The position numbers were made by a program, and so were the translations under genes. From Utricularia gibba (Eukaryota > Plantae > Magnoliophyta), in the NCBI GenBank assembly GCA_002189035.1, contig NEEC01000008.1:124001-188000 (forward strand): a stretch of 64,000 nucleotides of DNA, read 5' to 3'. Numbering within the stretch: position 1 is the stretch's first letter; each line of letters begins with the position of its first letter. The notes beneath the pieces were generated by a model, which worked only from the letters and a program-made list of their open reading frames with translations, ran no database searches and had not been told where the DNA came from. This document shows positions 38,538 to 49,700 of this stretch, piece by piece.

Positions 38538-40823
38538 ATGAAGGTCGCATCGGCGGCTGTTATACCCCCATGGCGCCTGAAAGACAGCTGTGTGTCTGAT
38601 ATTTCAAACTCCTACCTTTTGCTACTTAACCGCTGCTGCGACAATTGCAATTTGAAGTCAGTCAAGGAACTCCATGGTAGCGTTATCAGAGCATTGAAAA
38701 GTCCAGAAAGGTTCCTACTGAACAATTTTATCAATTCTTATTGTAAGTTGAATAACGTAGGTTATGCGCGTAAGGTGTTCGATGGAATTTCCAAACCGAA
38801 TGCCTTCTCGTGGAACAGTATTCTGGCTACTTACTCAATGAATGGGCGTGTGGAGGAAATGCAAGAAATATTTAACCTGGTTCCCAAGAAAAATGAAGTG
38901 TCATGGAACTTGGTTATCTCAGGCTATACAAGGCGTGGGCTGATCGAAAAGGCCGTAGAGGCTTACAGATTGATGCTAATTCATGGTTTGCAGAATCTGA
39001 ACAGGATTACCATTGTGGCAATTTTGGGAATACTATCTGACAGGGGTTGGTTATTTCTAGGCAGAGCCATTCATGGGCAGATAGTGAAATTTGGGTTCGA
39101 GTCTTACCTATTTGTAGGAAGCTCCTTAGTTGACATGTATTCGAAACTCGGATTGATATTTGATGCAAAACGTGTATTCGACCACTTGCCAGAGTGGAAT
39201 TTAGTTGCAGACAACACCATGCTCATGGCTTTTTCGAGGTGTGGGATGATAGAATCGTGTTGCGCTTTGTTTAATCGTATGATAGAGAAAGATTCAATCT
39301 CCTGGACGACGATGGTTACAGCTTTAACCCACAACGGGATGTACAAAGCTGCGTTGGCCGTATTTCGTCAGATGAGTTTCAAGGGATTGGATTTGGATCG
39401 ATTTGCTTTTGGGACTTCTTTGACAGCTTGTGGAGCTCTTAATTTACGGAGGGCAGGTAAGCAGATTCATTCTTATATTATTAGAACCGATCAAATGAAC
39501 AATGTTTTTGTTTCCAGTGCACTAATTGATATGTACTCAAAGTGTCGGGATATAGGGAATGCTGGTAGAGTGTTTAGGACAACACTGCATAAAAATGTTG
39601 TATCTTGGACTGCCATGATAGTAGGCTATGGCCAAAATGGGTTCAGCGAGGAAGCTGTTCGAACTTTTTGTGAAATGCAGAAAAGTGGCATTGTAGTTGA
39701 TGATTTCACACTGGGCAGTGTTATAAGCTCGTGTGGAAATCTGGCAAGCTTGGAAGAGGGTGCCCAGTTTCATTGCCAGGCTTTTGCGTCCGGGTTGTTT
39801 TCCTTTACTACTGTGTCAAACGCGCTTGTGAGTCTCTATGGAAAATGTGGGAACATAGAGGAAGCACATAGGTTGTTCCATGAGATCAAACTGAAAGACG
39901 AAGTATCCTGGACCTCGTTACTTTCAGGTTACGCTCAGTTCGGGAAGGCAAAAGAAACAGTAAGTTTATTTGAGGAGATGCTGACTCGTGGTCTGCAACC
40001 AGATGGAGTGTCATTTATTGGGGTCCTATCCGCGTGCAGCAGAGCCGGATTTGTGCAGAAGGGCCGCGAATACTTTGCAATGATGGTGGATGAGTTTCAG
40101 ATTAAACCAACCCTTGAACATTATACATGCATGATTGATCTTTTCAGCCGAGCGGGACAACTAGAAGCGGCAAAGAAGTTTATACAAAAAATGCCTTGCT
40201 GTCCTGATACGATTGGATGGACTACACTGCTGAGTTCATGCAGAAACCGTGGGAACTTGGAAATTGGTAAATGGGCTGCTGATTTCCTACTAGAATTAGA
40301 CCCACAAAACTCTGCTGCTCATATGTTGCTTGCCAGTATCTATGCTGCTAAAGGCAAATGGGAGAAGGTTGCGGAACTCAAACGAGCGATGAGGAACATG
40401 GGCGTGAGAAAGGAACCGGGCTGTAGTTGGATCAAGTACAAAAATAAAGTGCATATTTTCACAGCTGATGATACCTCAAGCCCGCTCTCTGATCTGATAT
40501 ATGGAGAGTTGGAAAAATTGAGCGGTAAAATGAGAGAAGAAGGGTATGTGCCGGACATGAAATCAGTTCTGCACGATGTCAATGAATCTGAGAAACTGAA
40601 CATGTTGAACCATCATAGTGAGCGACTTGCTATTGCCTTTGGTTTAATCTTTATTCCTTCCCATCTGCCCATAAAAGTTGTGAAAAACCTTCGAGTATGC
40701 GATGACTGTCACAATGCAAGTAAAATTATTTCTAGGATCACCCAGAGAGAGATTCTTGTTAGAGATTCTATGCGCTACCATTTATTCAAGGATGGAAAAT
40801 GTTCATGTGGAGATTTTTGGTGA
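38538..40823 (+). CDS. PLS-class PPR protein with E/E+/DYW domains (organellar C-to-U editing factor type; resembles At1g68930)
   Basis: Intronless 761-codon ORF from ATG 38538 with PLS repeats (VVSWTAMIVGYGQNG), PGCSWI box, HSERLA, CDDCH and terminal CSCGDFW. Confidence 0.95.
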   Translation: MKVASAAVIPPWRLKDSCVSDISNSYLLLLNRCCDNCNLKSVKELHGSVIRALKSPERFLLNNFINSYCKLNNVGYARKVFDGISKPNAFSWNSILATYSMNGRVEEMQEIFNLVPKKNEVSWNLVISGYTRRGLIEKAVEAYRLMLIHGLQNLNRITIVAILGILSDRGWLFLGRAIHGQIVKFGFESYLFVGSSLVDMYSKLGLIFDAKRVFDHLPEWNLVADNTMLMAFSRCGMIESCCALFNRMIEKDSISWTTMVTALTHNGMYKAALAVFRQMSFKGLDLDRFAFGTSLTACGALNLRRAGKQIHSYIIRTDQMNNVFVSSALIDMYSKCRDIGNAGRVFRTTLHKNVVSWTAMIVGYGQNGFSEEAVRTFCEMQKSGIVVDDFTLGSVISSCGNLASLEEGAQFHCQAFASGLFSFTTVSNALVSLYGKCGNIEEAHRLFHEIKLKDEVSWTSLLSGYAQFGKAKETVSLFEEMLTRGLQPDGVSFIGVLSACSRAGFVQKGREYFAMMVDEFQIKPTLEHYTCMIDLFSRAGQLEAAKKFIQKMPCCPDTIGWTTLLSSCRNRGNLEIGKWAADFLLELDPQNSAAHMLLASIYAAKGKWEKVAELKRAMRNMGVRKEPGCSWIKYKNKVHIFTADDTSSPLSDLIYGELEKLSGKMREEGYVPDMKSVLHDVNESEKLNMLNHHSERLAIAFGLIFIPSHLPIKVVKNLRVCDDCHNASKIISRITQREILVRDSMRYHLFKDGKCSCGDFW

Positions 40824-41474
40824 TCCCCCAGAGAGTGGTCTCGTACACATGAAAAGTGTACTGGCCATGATTATGCTGACAGCACGAGGGGGTGACTTCA
40901 AGTTGATAAAAGTTCAACAAAGGTTTGAACTTGAAATACCCCTCAACATAGTGCAGTAGTGCATCCGAATTTTTTTCTGCCATTTTCCTGTTGGAGTCAT
41001 CTCCATGAATATATGTATATGCCCTTGACACTGTTGAAGTGAATAACCAGGTTCTATTTCTTTCACTTCAGAATCACGATTGCATGAAGCTTTGGGGGTA
41101 GTGATGAGGTTCGTATTCACGAGGGTTGGAGTCCTTGATACCCTGAATGACGCGGTGCACAACGCACTGTGAAGTCATTTGTGTGAGCATGACTGCGGGC
41201 TTTGGAATTACAGATGTTGCAGCTGCCCCAATTTGTGGAATATTTATGGTGTGATTATGGAAATGTGTTTGTAGGTAATGACGGATGGTGCATCTTTGTC
41301 TGTCCACACCGAGGCTTAGTTTCAACTCATTCATCACCATGTATGTGCACAGTGAGTTGAACCTGCCACCAAACGGTCACTGTCCGTGGCTCACATCATG
41401 CGCATACCCTCTCGACCTACCGTCCACAGTCATAAAATGAGAGGCCCAGCAGCAACAGCAAGTTGATCACAAAC

Positions 41475-42634
41475 ATGGTGAAGGTTCACTCCTTGCGCTC
41501 CTACAGAAGCTGCTCGCCGTCGTCACTCTCATCCTCTCTATCACTAACTTCCACCGACTCCTCCTCCCTGACGGACTCCTCCTCCGTGATCGCTCGCAAA
41601 GTCCGACTGGCCCTCCGGCTGTTGGCCTCCTCATGTCGCACGGGGACTGGGAGAGAGCGCGCCGCACCGGAAGGCGACCCCGGGAGGTGCAGTTGGATAA
41701 CAAAGCAGAGCGGTGTGTCTGTCTGTCCGGTGGCTGGTTATTATTTTTAACATCGCCGGTACGTGTTTATTTACTTGTTGGTTTGCTGAACTCAGAGGAA
41801 GTGTACGTGAAGTTCCACGACGAGTGCTGGGGAGTCCCGGTTTTCGATGACTCGTAAGATCCCATCCCAACTTCCTCCTGGTTTTTAATGTATTGGTATT
41901 AGCGCTGAGGGGTAAAAGTGGTAACCACAGTAAGTTATTTGAGCTTCTGACGATGTGCGGGATGCTGATGGACTTCAACTGGACGCACATCCTCAGCAGA
42001 GCGCACTTGTTGAGGTATTATCTATTTCATTGTTCCCGACACATGATGGTAATGAGAGTAATCAGCCTGGAACTATGGGGGCTTCCAGATCAGCATTCGC
42101 GGAATTCGATCCCCTGGCCGTGAGCCAGATGGGGGAGAAGGAGATCGCCGCCGTCTCCAACACCAAAGGCGTGAGCCTCGCCGGAGCCAGAGTCCGATGC
42201 ATCGTCGAAAACGCGAAATGCGTCGCCAAGGCAAGCAAGCCGAGAGCCGAGCCCAGCCAGCCGCCTTGGATTTATTTATTAGTTATTTATTTATTTAGTT
42301 AGTTATTTATGTATTGTGTGTCATAAGAGGTGCTCCGGCGGCGTCATAGGTGGTGGAGGAATTCGGCTCCTTCAGTGACTACGTGCGAGGCGTAGTGGGG
42401 CACAAGCCTGTGGTGAACAGGTTCCGGCACCAGAGAGAGGTGCCGCTGAGAAGCCCCAAGGCGGAGCTGCTGAGCAGAGAGCTTCGGCGGCGAGGGTTCC
42501 GCCTCGTGGGCCCCGTCATCGTCTACTCTTTCATGCAGGCCGCGGGGATGACGGTGGATCATCTGGCCGGCTGCTTCAGATACCCCGAGTGCGTCCGCCT
42601 GGCCCAAGACCCCTGGCTGCATCCCTACTCCTGA
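41475..42634 (+). CDS. DNA-3-methyladenine glycosylase I (TAG family; At1g13635-like), 5 exons, about 268 aa
   Basis: Exons 41475-41712, 41796-41853, 41931-42014, 42089-42230 and 42350-42634 total 807 nt in frame. Motifs RCSWIT, YVKFHDECWGVP, FDPLAV, VPLRSPKAE, RGFRLVGPVIVYSFMQAAG..DH..CFR. Start codon uncertain. Confidence 0.9.
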
Positions 42635-42644
42635 TGCATGGCAT

Positions 42645-42661
42645 GGCATGGCATGGCATGG
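42645..42661. repeat. (GCATG)n pentanucleotide microsatellite in the glycosylase 3' region
   Basis: GCATGGCATGGCATGGCATGGCATG across about 42637-42661. Confidence 0.8.
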
Positions 42662-42944
42662 GAACAACGCATGTTGATGATGTTACACTGGAATAACTTA
42701 AAATACGACCATTTTATAAATTTACTGCCTCCAGAGGTCCTTGTATGTGTAGCCTTGGGCATCCCGCAAACGACGCCGTTTCATGCGAGACTAATCAATC
42801 ATTCGAATCATATGCTGGTCTACTCTGCCGTTGAGCTAACCTAATCACAAAACTCATCCCCGTTTTTGTCCTGTGGAACCTAACGCCAATACAATATATA
42901 AAATAGTAAAATACGCTACCCGCCCAGTTGAACAGACCCTCCTG

Positions 42945-42996
42945 GTGGGACCACCTTCCCTTCCAGGCAGTGTCCTCTACTCTCATATATAAACTC
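42945..42996 (+). promoter_or_regulatory. Candidate promoter: TCP-type GGGACCAC site, TATATAAA and a CT-rich leader
   Basis: GTGGGACCAC at about 42947-42956, TATATAAA at about 42988, then CTCTCTCCCTCTC. Confidence 0.45.
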
Positions 42997-44155
42997 GTTT
43001 ATTTCTCTCTCCCTCTCGCCATTCATTCGCGGTCGATGGATAGGAAGAGACAAAAAGAACAGCGCGGGGTCAAGTTGCCGGGGGATACTGAAAGTCAAAA
43101 CCTCTTTACCGGCAACGACTTTCTACCAAACTGTGTACTCCTTCATTCTGGGAAAAACACCACCAAAGAACTCATCCGTGGCTTACTTCCACAGCATTTT
43201 GTCTCATCAAGACTTGTGTTTACAGTAAGTATTGTTTTTTTCTTTATTTGAACCGCTGTGTGCTTCCAGCTTATGATGTTGTGGGAACAGAATCTTGGTG
43301 GGCCAATTGAGAGTCCTTGTCAAGTTTCTTGTGGTAATGGCTAAGGCCATATCTTGATCCATCTTCATTGCTTTTTTTTGTAATTTTTTTATTTTATTTT
43401 TTTCGGATCTTCTATGATCGTTCTTAGTCATTAAAGTGAAAGTATTTTTTTTGCTCACTAAGTTGTGATGCCTCGTTTGAGAAATAGTGGAAATAGCATA
43501 AGTAAATTCCATATCAGTTACCGACGTGGAATAGAGTGAGATTGAATAGAATGATCAAATAAATTTTACATGAGACATTTTCCCATACACAGCAAAAGGT
43601 CCTTGATAAAAACTTTATAATTAAGCATGCTTAGTTTGAGTAATTTGAGGATAGGTGAACTTCTGATAAGGTAGGTTAAATCGTGAGAGTTATATATTTA
43701 AAACATATAATATCGTGCAAAAAAGACATGAGTCTTTACATTAAGTAGAAGCTTGCTTCAAAAGCCTTTTTATATGATTCAACATTATGAAAGAAGTAGA
43801 TGAACAAGATACTTTGTTGCTGAAAAATAGAGAAGCATTCAGTTTAAAAAGTCGTAAGTTTAATAAATGGTCTGACAATTAATTATGGTTAATGAAAAAC
43901 TGTAATAGGTTGCTTTTGTATAAGTATATTATGGCTCTAAATAACATGATGAATGAATAATTACTTCTCCAAAAAGAAACATTATTTTTTAACTTCATCG
44001 TACTATGCAAACAACAAATTCTTCAAAAACCCTCCAACAAATTCATATAAGAGCAAAGTTTTCTCTATTAGTATGACATCCATGGCATCTAATGGGCCTT
44101 AAATCGGTATACATAGCATGAAGGTGCGCCTAGAAGGTGCTCCTTGATCTTTGGT

Positions 44156-45256
44156 TGTCGAATAACCAAATCGGTTTCTTTTGGATGAATCGTTCAAAAA
44201 AGATCCAAAAGGATCCTCACAGTCTGCTGCAGCACAACAAGCCGATAAGTGTCAGAACAAGGCAACGACGATCGTTTTGGGCAGTTTGAAAAGTAGCTGA
44301 GTTGCAGGGATGTTAGAGCAGTAGGCGGTTATTTGTCAGTAGGATCGTAGTATGGCTAATATGCGTAGAAAGTGATTGAACACCTACGAAATTCAAAATT
44401 CGGTCAGCTCGATCTCTTCTATAAATATAAGGTAGTTTGGAGAATAAAAGGTCAAACTCTCTACACTTTGAACTTGTACACCTTTCTTTCCTCCATTAGT
44501 GAAAACCCGTATTTCCAGAGAGCTCCGACAGCTTCTTGGTTTTTCCATTGATGGGATCCTAATCGGATTGGGTTAATCGGCCTCTAAAAAGGAGCCAAAA
44601 GGTGTTCTGACAAACTGGCGCAGGCCGGTAGACCGATAAGTGTCAGAGCTTGTCAGCAATGATCGTTTCGGATAATCTGAAAAGTAACCGAATTACGACA
44701 ATGACAGAGCAGTCGGCAATGATCTGAAAGCAGGACCACAATACAGACATCAAACACAGAAAAGCAACTCACATCTACAGAATTCAAAATTTGGTAAGAC
44801 CAAACTCTTTTATAAATATAAGAAACCCTGAAGAAGAAAGGGTTGAACTCCAATCATGTTAACCTATATCTTTTCTCCTTGTCTAGTGAAACCACTTTCC
44901 GGTGAGCCCCGACAACTCCGTGGTTTTTTTGTTCTCCGACGGTTTCCAAGCTAAAATTGGTGTATTTCTCCACTCCTATCAACTACATCACGTCATCCAA
45001 AAGGTTAACGTCTCAATCGGACCTGACACGTTTGGTTTTGTCAACAACTCGAAAGTCGATTTCTCCCCCAATACCGATTCTCGATGACAATATCCGTCCT
45101 CCGGCGGTTTCTGCATAAAAAACCCTATCCATTTTTGCTTCTATCAACTACAGCACACCTCTCAAAACTATAATACCTAAATGGGATCCAACCTATTTGG
45201 CTTTATCCGTAACCCTAAAATCGGTCTTATCATTATTCCGGTATTCGTATGCAACA
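44156..45256 (+). mobile_element. Family-D LTR (outer copy) interrupted by a second family-D LTR
   Basis: 44156-44548 and 45093-45256 join into one family-D unit ending ..CCCTAAAATCGG..TATGCAACA. No TSD recovered. Confidence 0.7.
44549..45092 (+). mobile_element. Family-D solo LTR (inner copy), 544 bp
   Basis: Starts TGATGGG and ends ..GATACCGATTCTCGATGACAATA (terminal CA mutated to TA). TSD TCCAT / TCCGT. Length matches the 537-bp copy at 23041. Confidence 0.8.
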
Positions 45257-45329
45257 ACACCTTTCTTGTTCTTCTTCTTACCAAAGAACTTCGATAATTG
45301 ACACTTACTGATGCAAGTTTTATTTGGTA

Positions 45330-46680
45330 CCCATGAATTGCATGACATGATTACCATGTGTGTTGTTGCTATAGTAGATGCTATCATAGTAGAATGCATA
45401 AAAAAGACAAAAAAGCTTTGTCTTTAAAAGATCAAGCCCTTGAGGAACATATGTTTGAGAATTTGGCAATGAACACTGCTACAAAGCAAGCATGAGATAC
45501 TGTTTAAACATCCTTTCATGATACAAATAATATGAAAAAAGTGAATCCTTAGACTCTTCATGCAAAGTTTAAAAATCTAAAACAAGTAGACATTAAATCA
45601 TTTTTAGACTATATCATTAGAGTTATGCTATTACAAATCATATGGGGAGGCATTGGTGATGCTATGTAAGAATCAAAGATTGCAAAAAAGATTCTGAGAA
45701 AATTGTAAGAACAACACCTTAAGTTTCAATCAATATAAAAAGCTTAACCTTCAAGTTTCAAAATTGCAAAAAAAAAAAAAAAAAAAAAAAACACTATAAG
45801 TTGTGAAAACCATGCAAGGAAAACTCAACAGTTTTCAAAATTTTTAAAAAGTGAACTGGTTCACGGTGTTATGAATCAACTCTAATTTCAAATCCAACAA
45901 AATTTCATGCTAGGAATTTTCGCATTCCTGTCTAAAGTTTGGTGAATCGTATGATACCTTCGATAGGGTTATATCGCATTTGTATCTCGTATGATTCAAA
46001 GTGATGATGGATATATTGTGTTTGCATTTTGTGTGATCCAAAATGATGATGGTTATATCACGTCTAATATGATGCACCATTATGATGACATTGGGGTCAA
46101 AATTGGTTAGTTTTCATAATATGAGAGGATAAATATAGAATATTATAAATTCAAGAGCAAACTGTTTACAAAAATATCAAGTTGAGGAGCCTATGATGCA
46201 ATTTTAAAACTTAGGGGTTAAACCCTTTATACTAATGGTAACTTGAAGTGTTGGTGACAAACTCCACCCAAGAGATTCAATGATCATTGGATAAGAAATT
46301 TGATTATGTGCTAGTTGCAATTGAGGAAGACAATAATATTGCTACTATGATACTAGATGAAGCAACACACCTCCTTCAAATGAAGTCAACCAAAGATGGT
46401 AAGAATGCTAAGAGAAATTGATATTTTAAAGGACATGGTAATAGATACTCAAATTCAAGAGACCAAGGAGACAGTGGAAAATTGAATTCAAATATGGCAG
46501 ATATGACTATTGAAGATGGTTCTTCCTCGAGAGATAGAGGAAGATCATCTAGAAAAGACAAAAAAGAAAAATATGAGGAAACCAAAAATCGAGATAAATC
46601 AAATATTGAGTATTATAATTATCACTTGAAAGGTCACTTTGGTTGGAATGTAGAAATGAGAAAGAAGAGCAATTGAATAT
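45330..46680 (+). mobile_element. Degenerate Copia gag (UBN2/Retrotran_gag_2) fragment
   Basis: Degraded KKV.LQTL..F..LKQ..KSFLDY..RV; KI..SLDKKFDYVLVAIEE; decayed zinc knuckle (YYNYHLKGHF). Confidence 0.75.
45696..46270. mobile_element. Probable Mutator-type MITE inside the Copia gag
   Basis: Imperfect inverted repeats of about 65 bp (..CAACACCTTAAGTT..AAGTTTCAAAATTGC / GCAATTTTAAAACTT..AACTTGAAGTGTTGG). Degenerate 9-bp flanks AAAGATTCT / AGAGATTCA. Confidence 0.55.
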
Positions 46681-46719
46681 TGTGAAAAAATCACCATCAT
46701 CATCAAAGGATCATTGTGT

Positions 46720-49700
46720 TTGATATCATTGGATAGAAACCAGGGGAAAGGATTCATGAGTACCATGGACGATTCCAGAAGCTACTTCGTTATGACTCGG
46801 GCATCACGGCAAGCGAGACACTGAATATGCTACGATTCCATAGGGTAATGTCTGCACAAGAGCACCGATTGGTGGACTTGGTCGCAACAGTAGTCGCGGT
46901 GGAAATAGAACTTTAGAGGAGATACATAGTACTGGGGAAAAAGAGCATATATGGCACACGCAAGGCAAACTCCACCCTAACCGGGCCTAGCATAATCAAA
47001 CAAGCAACATGCATGACTTGTGAAATGGCACACTCAAAGGAATGCCACCTACTAACAGGCGGGTGCTTTCACTTTGGGGAGAAGGGGCACTTCACGTGAG
47101 AATGCCCAAGAAGATAGGGGGAGCAGAGAAAAAGGGGACCCTGACCGTGCCATGCACCACCGGCACAGGTCAACCTCGAGTATTCCACCTCTATAGAGAC
47201 AGCGTCGAGTAGGATACCAACACCATTACAGGTACTTTCTCCATCAACTCACATCATATTTGGGTCTTGTTTGATTGTGGTGCCACACACTCGTTTGTCT
47301 TGCAAGTATACACTGAGCGGATAGGATTAGGGGAGAGATGAGACAATAGGTATAGGGTACGAACACCAGGAGTGGGTGAGCTGGCCAAAATAGTGTTGTG
47401 TGCGAGAGTCACACTGAACATGGGCGACGCAATGACTAAGGCAGACTTGATAGTAATAGATGTCGCAAAGTTCGACGCCATACTTGAGATGGATTGGCTA
47501 AGTGTGCACTCTATGTGCATCGGATGTGGCACAAAATCTATTGGGTGGCGAGATGAGAATGGAGCACAGCGGGAGAATGACTCATGCACAGGCATGCGCC
47601 GAGATGAGGAAAGCAACACTCAAGAGGACCACTATGCAGTGGACTATGCTACTTCAACGCCAACAAGGACCGAAAAACGAATTAAAGACTTATTAGAGGA
47701 GTATGGAGACATCTTTCCCAACAAACTACCAGGGAGTGTGTCAGATCTGGAGCTAGAGTTCAAAATAGAATTGGTGGACGGGGCCACACCCATCTCCAAG
47801 ACACCCTACTGCTTGGCTCCCATAGAACTCAAAGAACTATGGAAGCAGCTAGATGAACTATTAGAGAAGGGATATATCCGACCTAGTCATTCACCATGGG
47901 GTGCATCGGTATTATTTGTACGAAAGAAGGATGGAACCATGAGGCTATGCTTCGGTTAGAAAGAGCTCAACAAGATCACCATCAAGAACAAGTATCCTCT
48001 TCCTCGTATCAAAGACCTATTTGACCAACTAAGGGAGGTGACGGTATTCTCGAAGATAGACCTAATGTTCGGATATCACCAGCTGAAAATCAAGGAAGAA
48101 GATATCGCCAAGACAGCCTTTTGGACACGATACGAACACTATGAGTTTGTGGTGCTACCATTCAGCCTCACCAATGCACCTGTATTCATGGACTTGATGA
48201 ACAAGGTGCTCCGGACCTATCTTGACGACTTTGTGGTGGTTTTCATTGATGAGATCTTGATATACTCACTTGACATAGAGGCATACTGCGGGCACCTTAG
48301 GACGTTATAAGAGTAGTTGTGCGAGAAGCAATTATATGAAAAGATGAGTAAGTGTGACTTCTGTTTGGAAAGTGTCACCTTCTTAGGACATGTGATCAGT
48401 GGAAAGGATGTGGAAGTCAACCCAAAGAAGGTGGAAGCAGTGATCCAGTGGACGGTACCACGAAATGCAAGCGAGGTACACAGCACCCTTGAATAGCCTC
48501 ACGAGAAAGGACACCAAGTTCGAATGGACGGAGTAGTGCCAAGAGGCATTCAACTAGCTCAAGGGGAAACTGACCACTGTTCCCATACTCAGATTACCAT
48601 AGCCAGGCAAGGACTATATCGTATATACCGATGCATGTGGCCCAGGACTTGGCACGATATTGATGTAGGATGGACATGTGATGGGCTATACCTCATGTTA
48701 AGTGTTATTTTCTAATTATTATTTAGGTATTATTATATATTAATCTAGTACTAAATCGCCCAATTAGGAGTCTTATTATTAAGTATTTTATTTTTATTAG
48801 AAAATTCCTATTTTCCAATTTTGTATATATTTTCTGTCTTTTTTCTCACACTTTGACCGAGACATGTCAGGAGACTGTCATGGAGTGTTGCAGGTGGTCA
48901 GACTCTGAGTTTTCGTGCCTTGTACGCGAGTTGGAACGATTGTGGGTGGAAGACTGACACTGGTCAAGGCCCCTGACTTACGGCATGTCAGAGTCTGTAG
49001 AAATGATTGGGCGCAAACTTGCACGCAAAGAAAAGCTGCTGGCGCACGCAAGATAGAAGGAATGATGGGAAGGGGACCCAAATGAGTTAATGCACGTGGG
49101 GGAGTGATATAAAAGCCACTTGGAGCACTTAGTTTCGAACTTTTGTCATTTCCTTTCGAGACTTAGAACTTTTAGGTTCTTCCTCCCTTCCAAGGAGGAA
49201 GAACACTTAGCTTTCAATTTCCTTTCTGTTTTCATGTACCTTTTGGGCTAAAAACCTTTAGTTTCTGAGAAGTAGATGAAGTTTCCTTCCAAGTCCTAAG
49301 TAATACACTCGGTTCTTTGCTGAATTCACTTCGGATTCTGCATACTTCCACGCATCATGTTACAGTCTTTCTGTAACGACTCCTAGTCAAGGTCCATGAG
49401 TAGCAGGTGAAGAGCACCAACTCCAACCCTGCTGGTTCGAGGGAAGTAGCAGATTGTTAGTGGCTTAGGTAGAGCGACAGTGGACAGGTTGTGACCTCAG
49501 AACTGCCATTGGCTATTGGCAACAACTGGGCACACATGCGTAATTTGGTTATGAAGGCAATCCTCTTGTCTTCCTAATCGTCCAATGGGGAATCACATGA
49601 GGCTATTCTTGTGCCTTCTTTTCAATCAGAGGGTAAGGGAGAGTAGACTATTCCTTGCTCTTATAACCAGCTATTCGGAAGAAATCAGTGAAAACCGAGG

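Noticed and set aside
41101-41150. C/D snoRNA-like GTGATGA...CTGA
   Set aside because: Only about 47 nt apart, no terminal stem, no recognisable rRNA or snRNA antisense element.
43185-43300. Partial miR396 (TTCCACAGC) and miR172 (AGAATCTTG) matches
   Set aside because: Only 9-nt matches and no miRNA-quality duplex.
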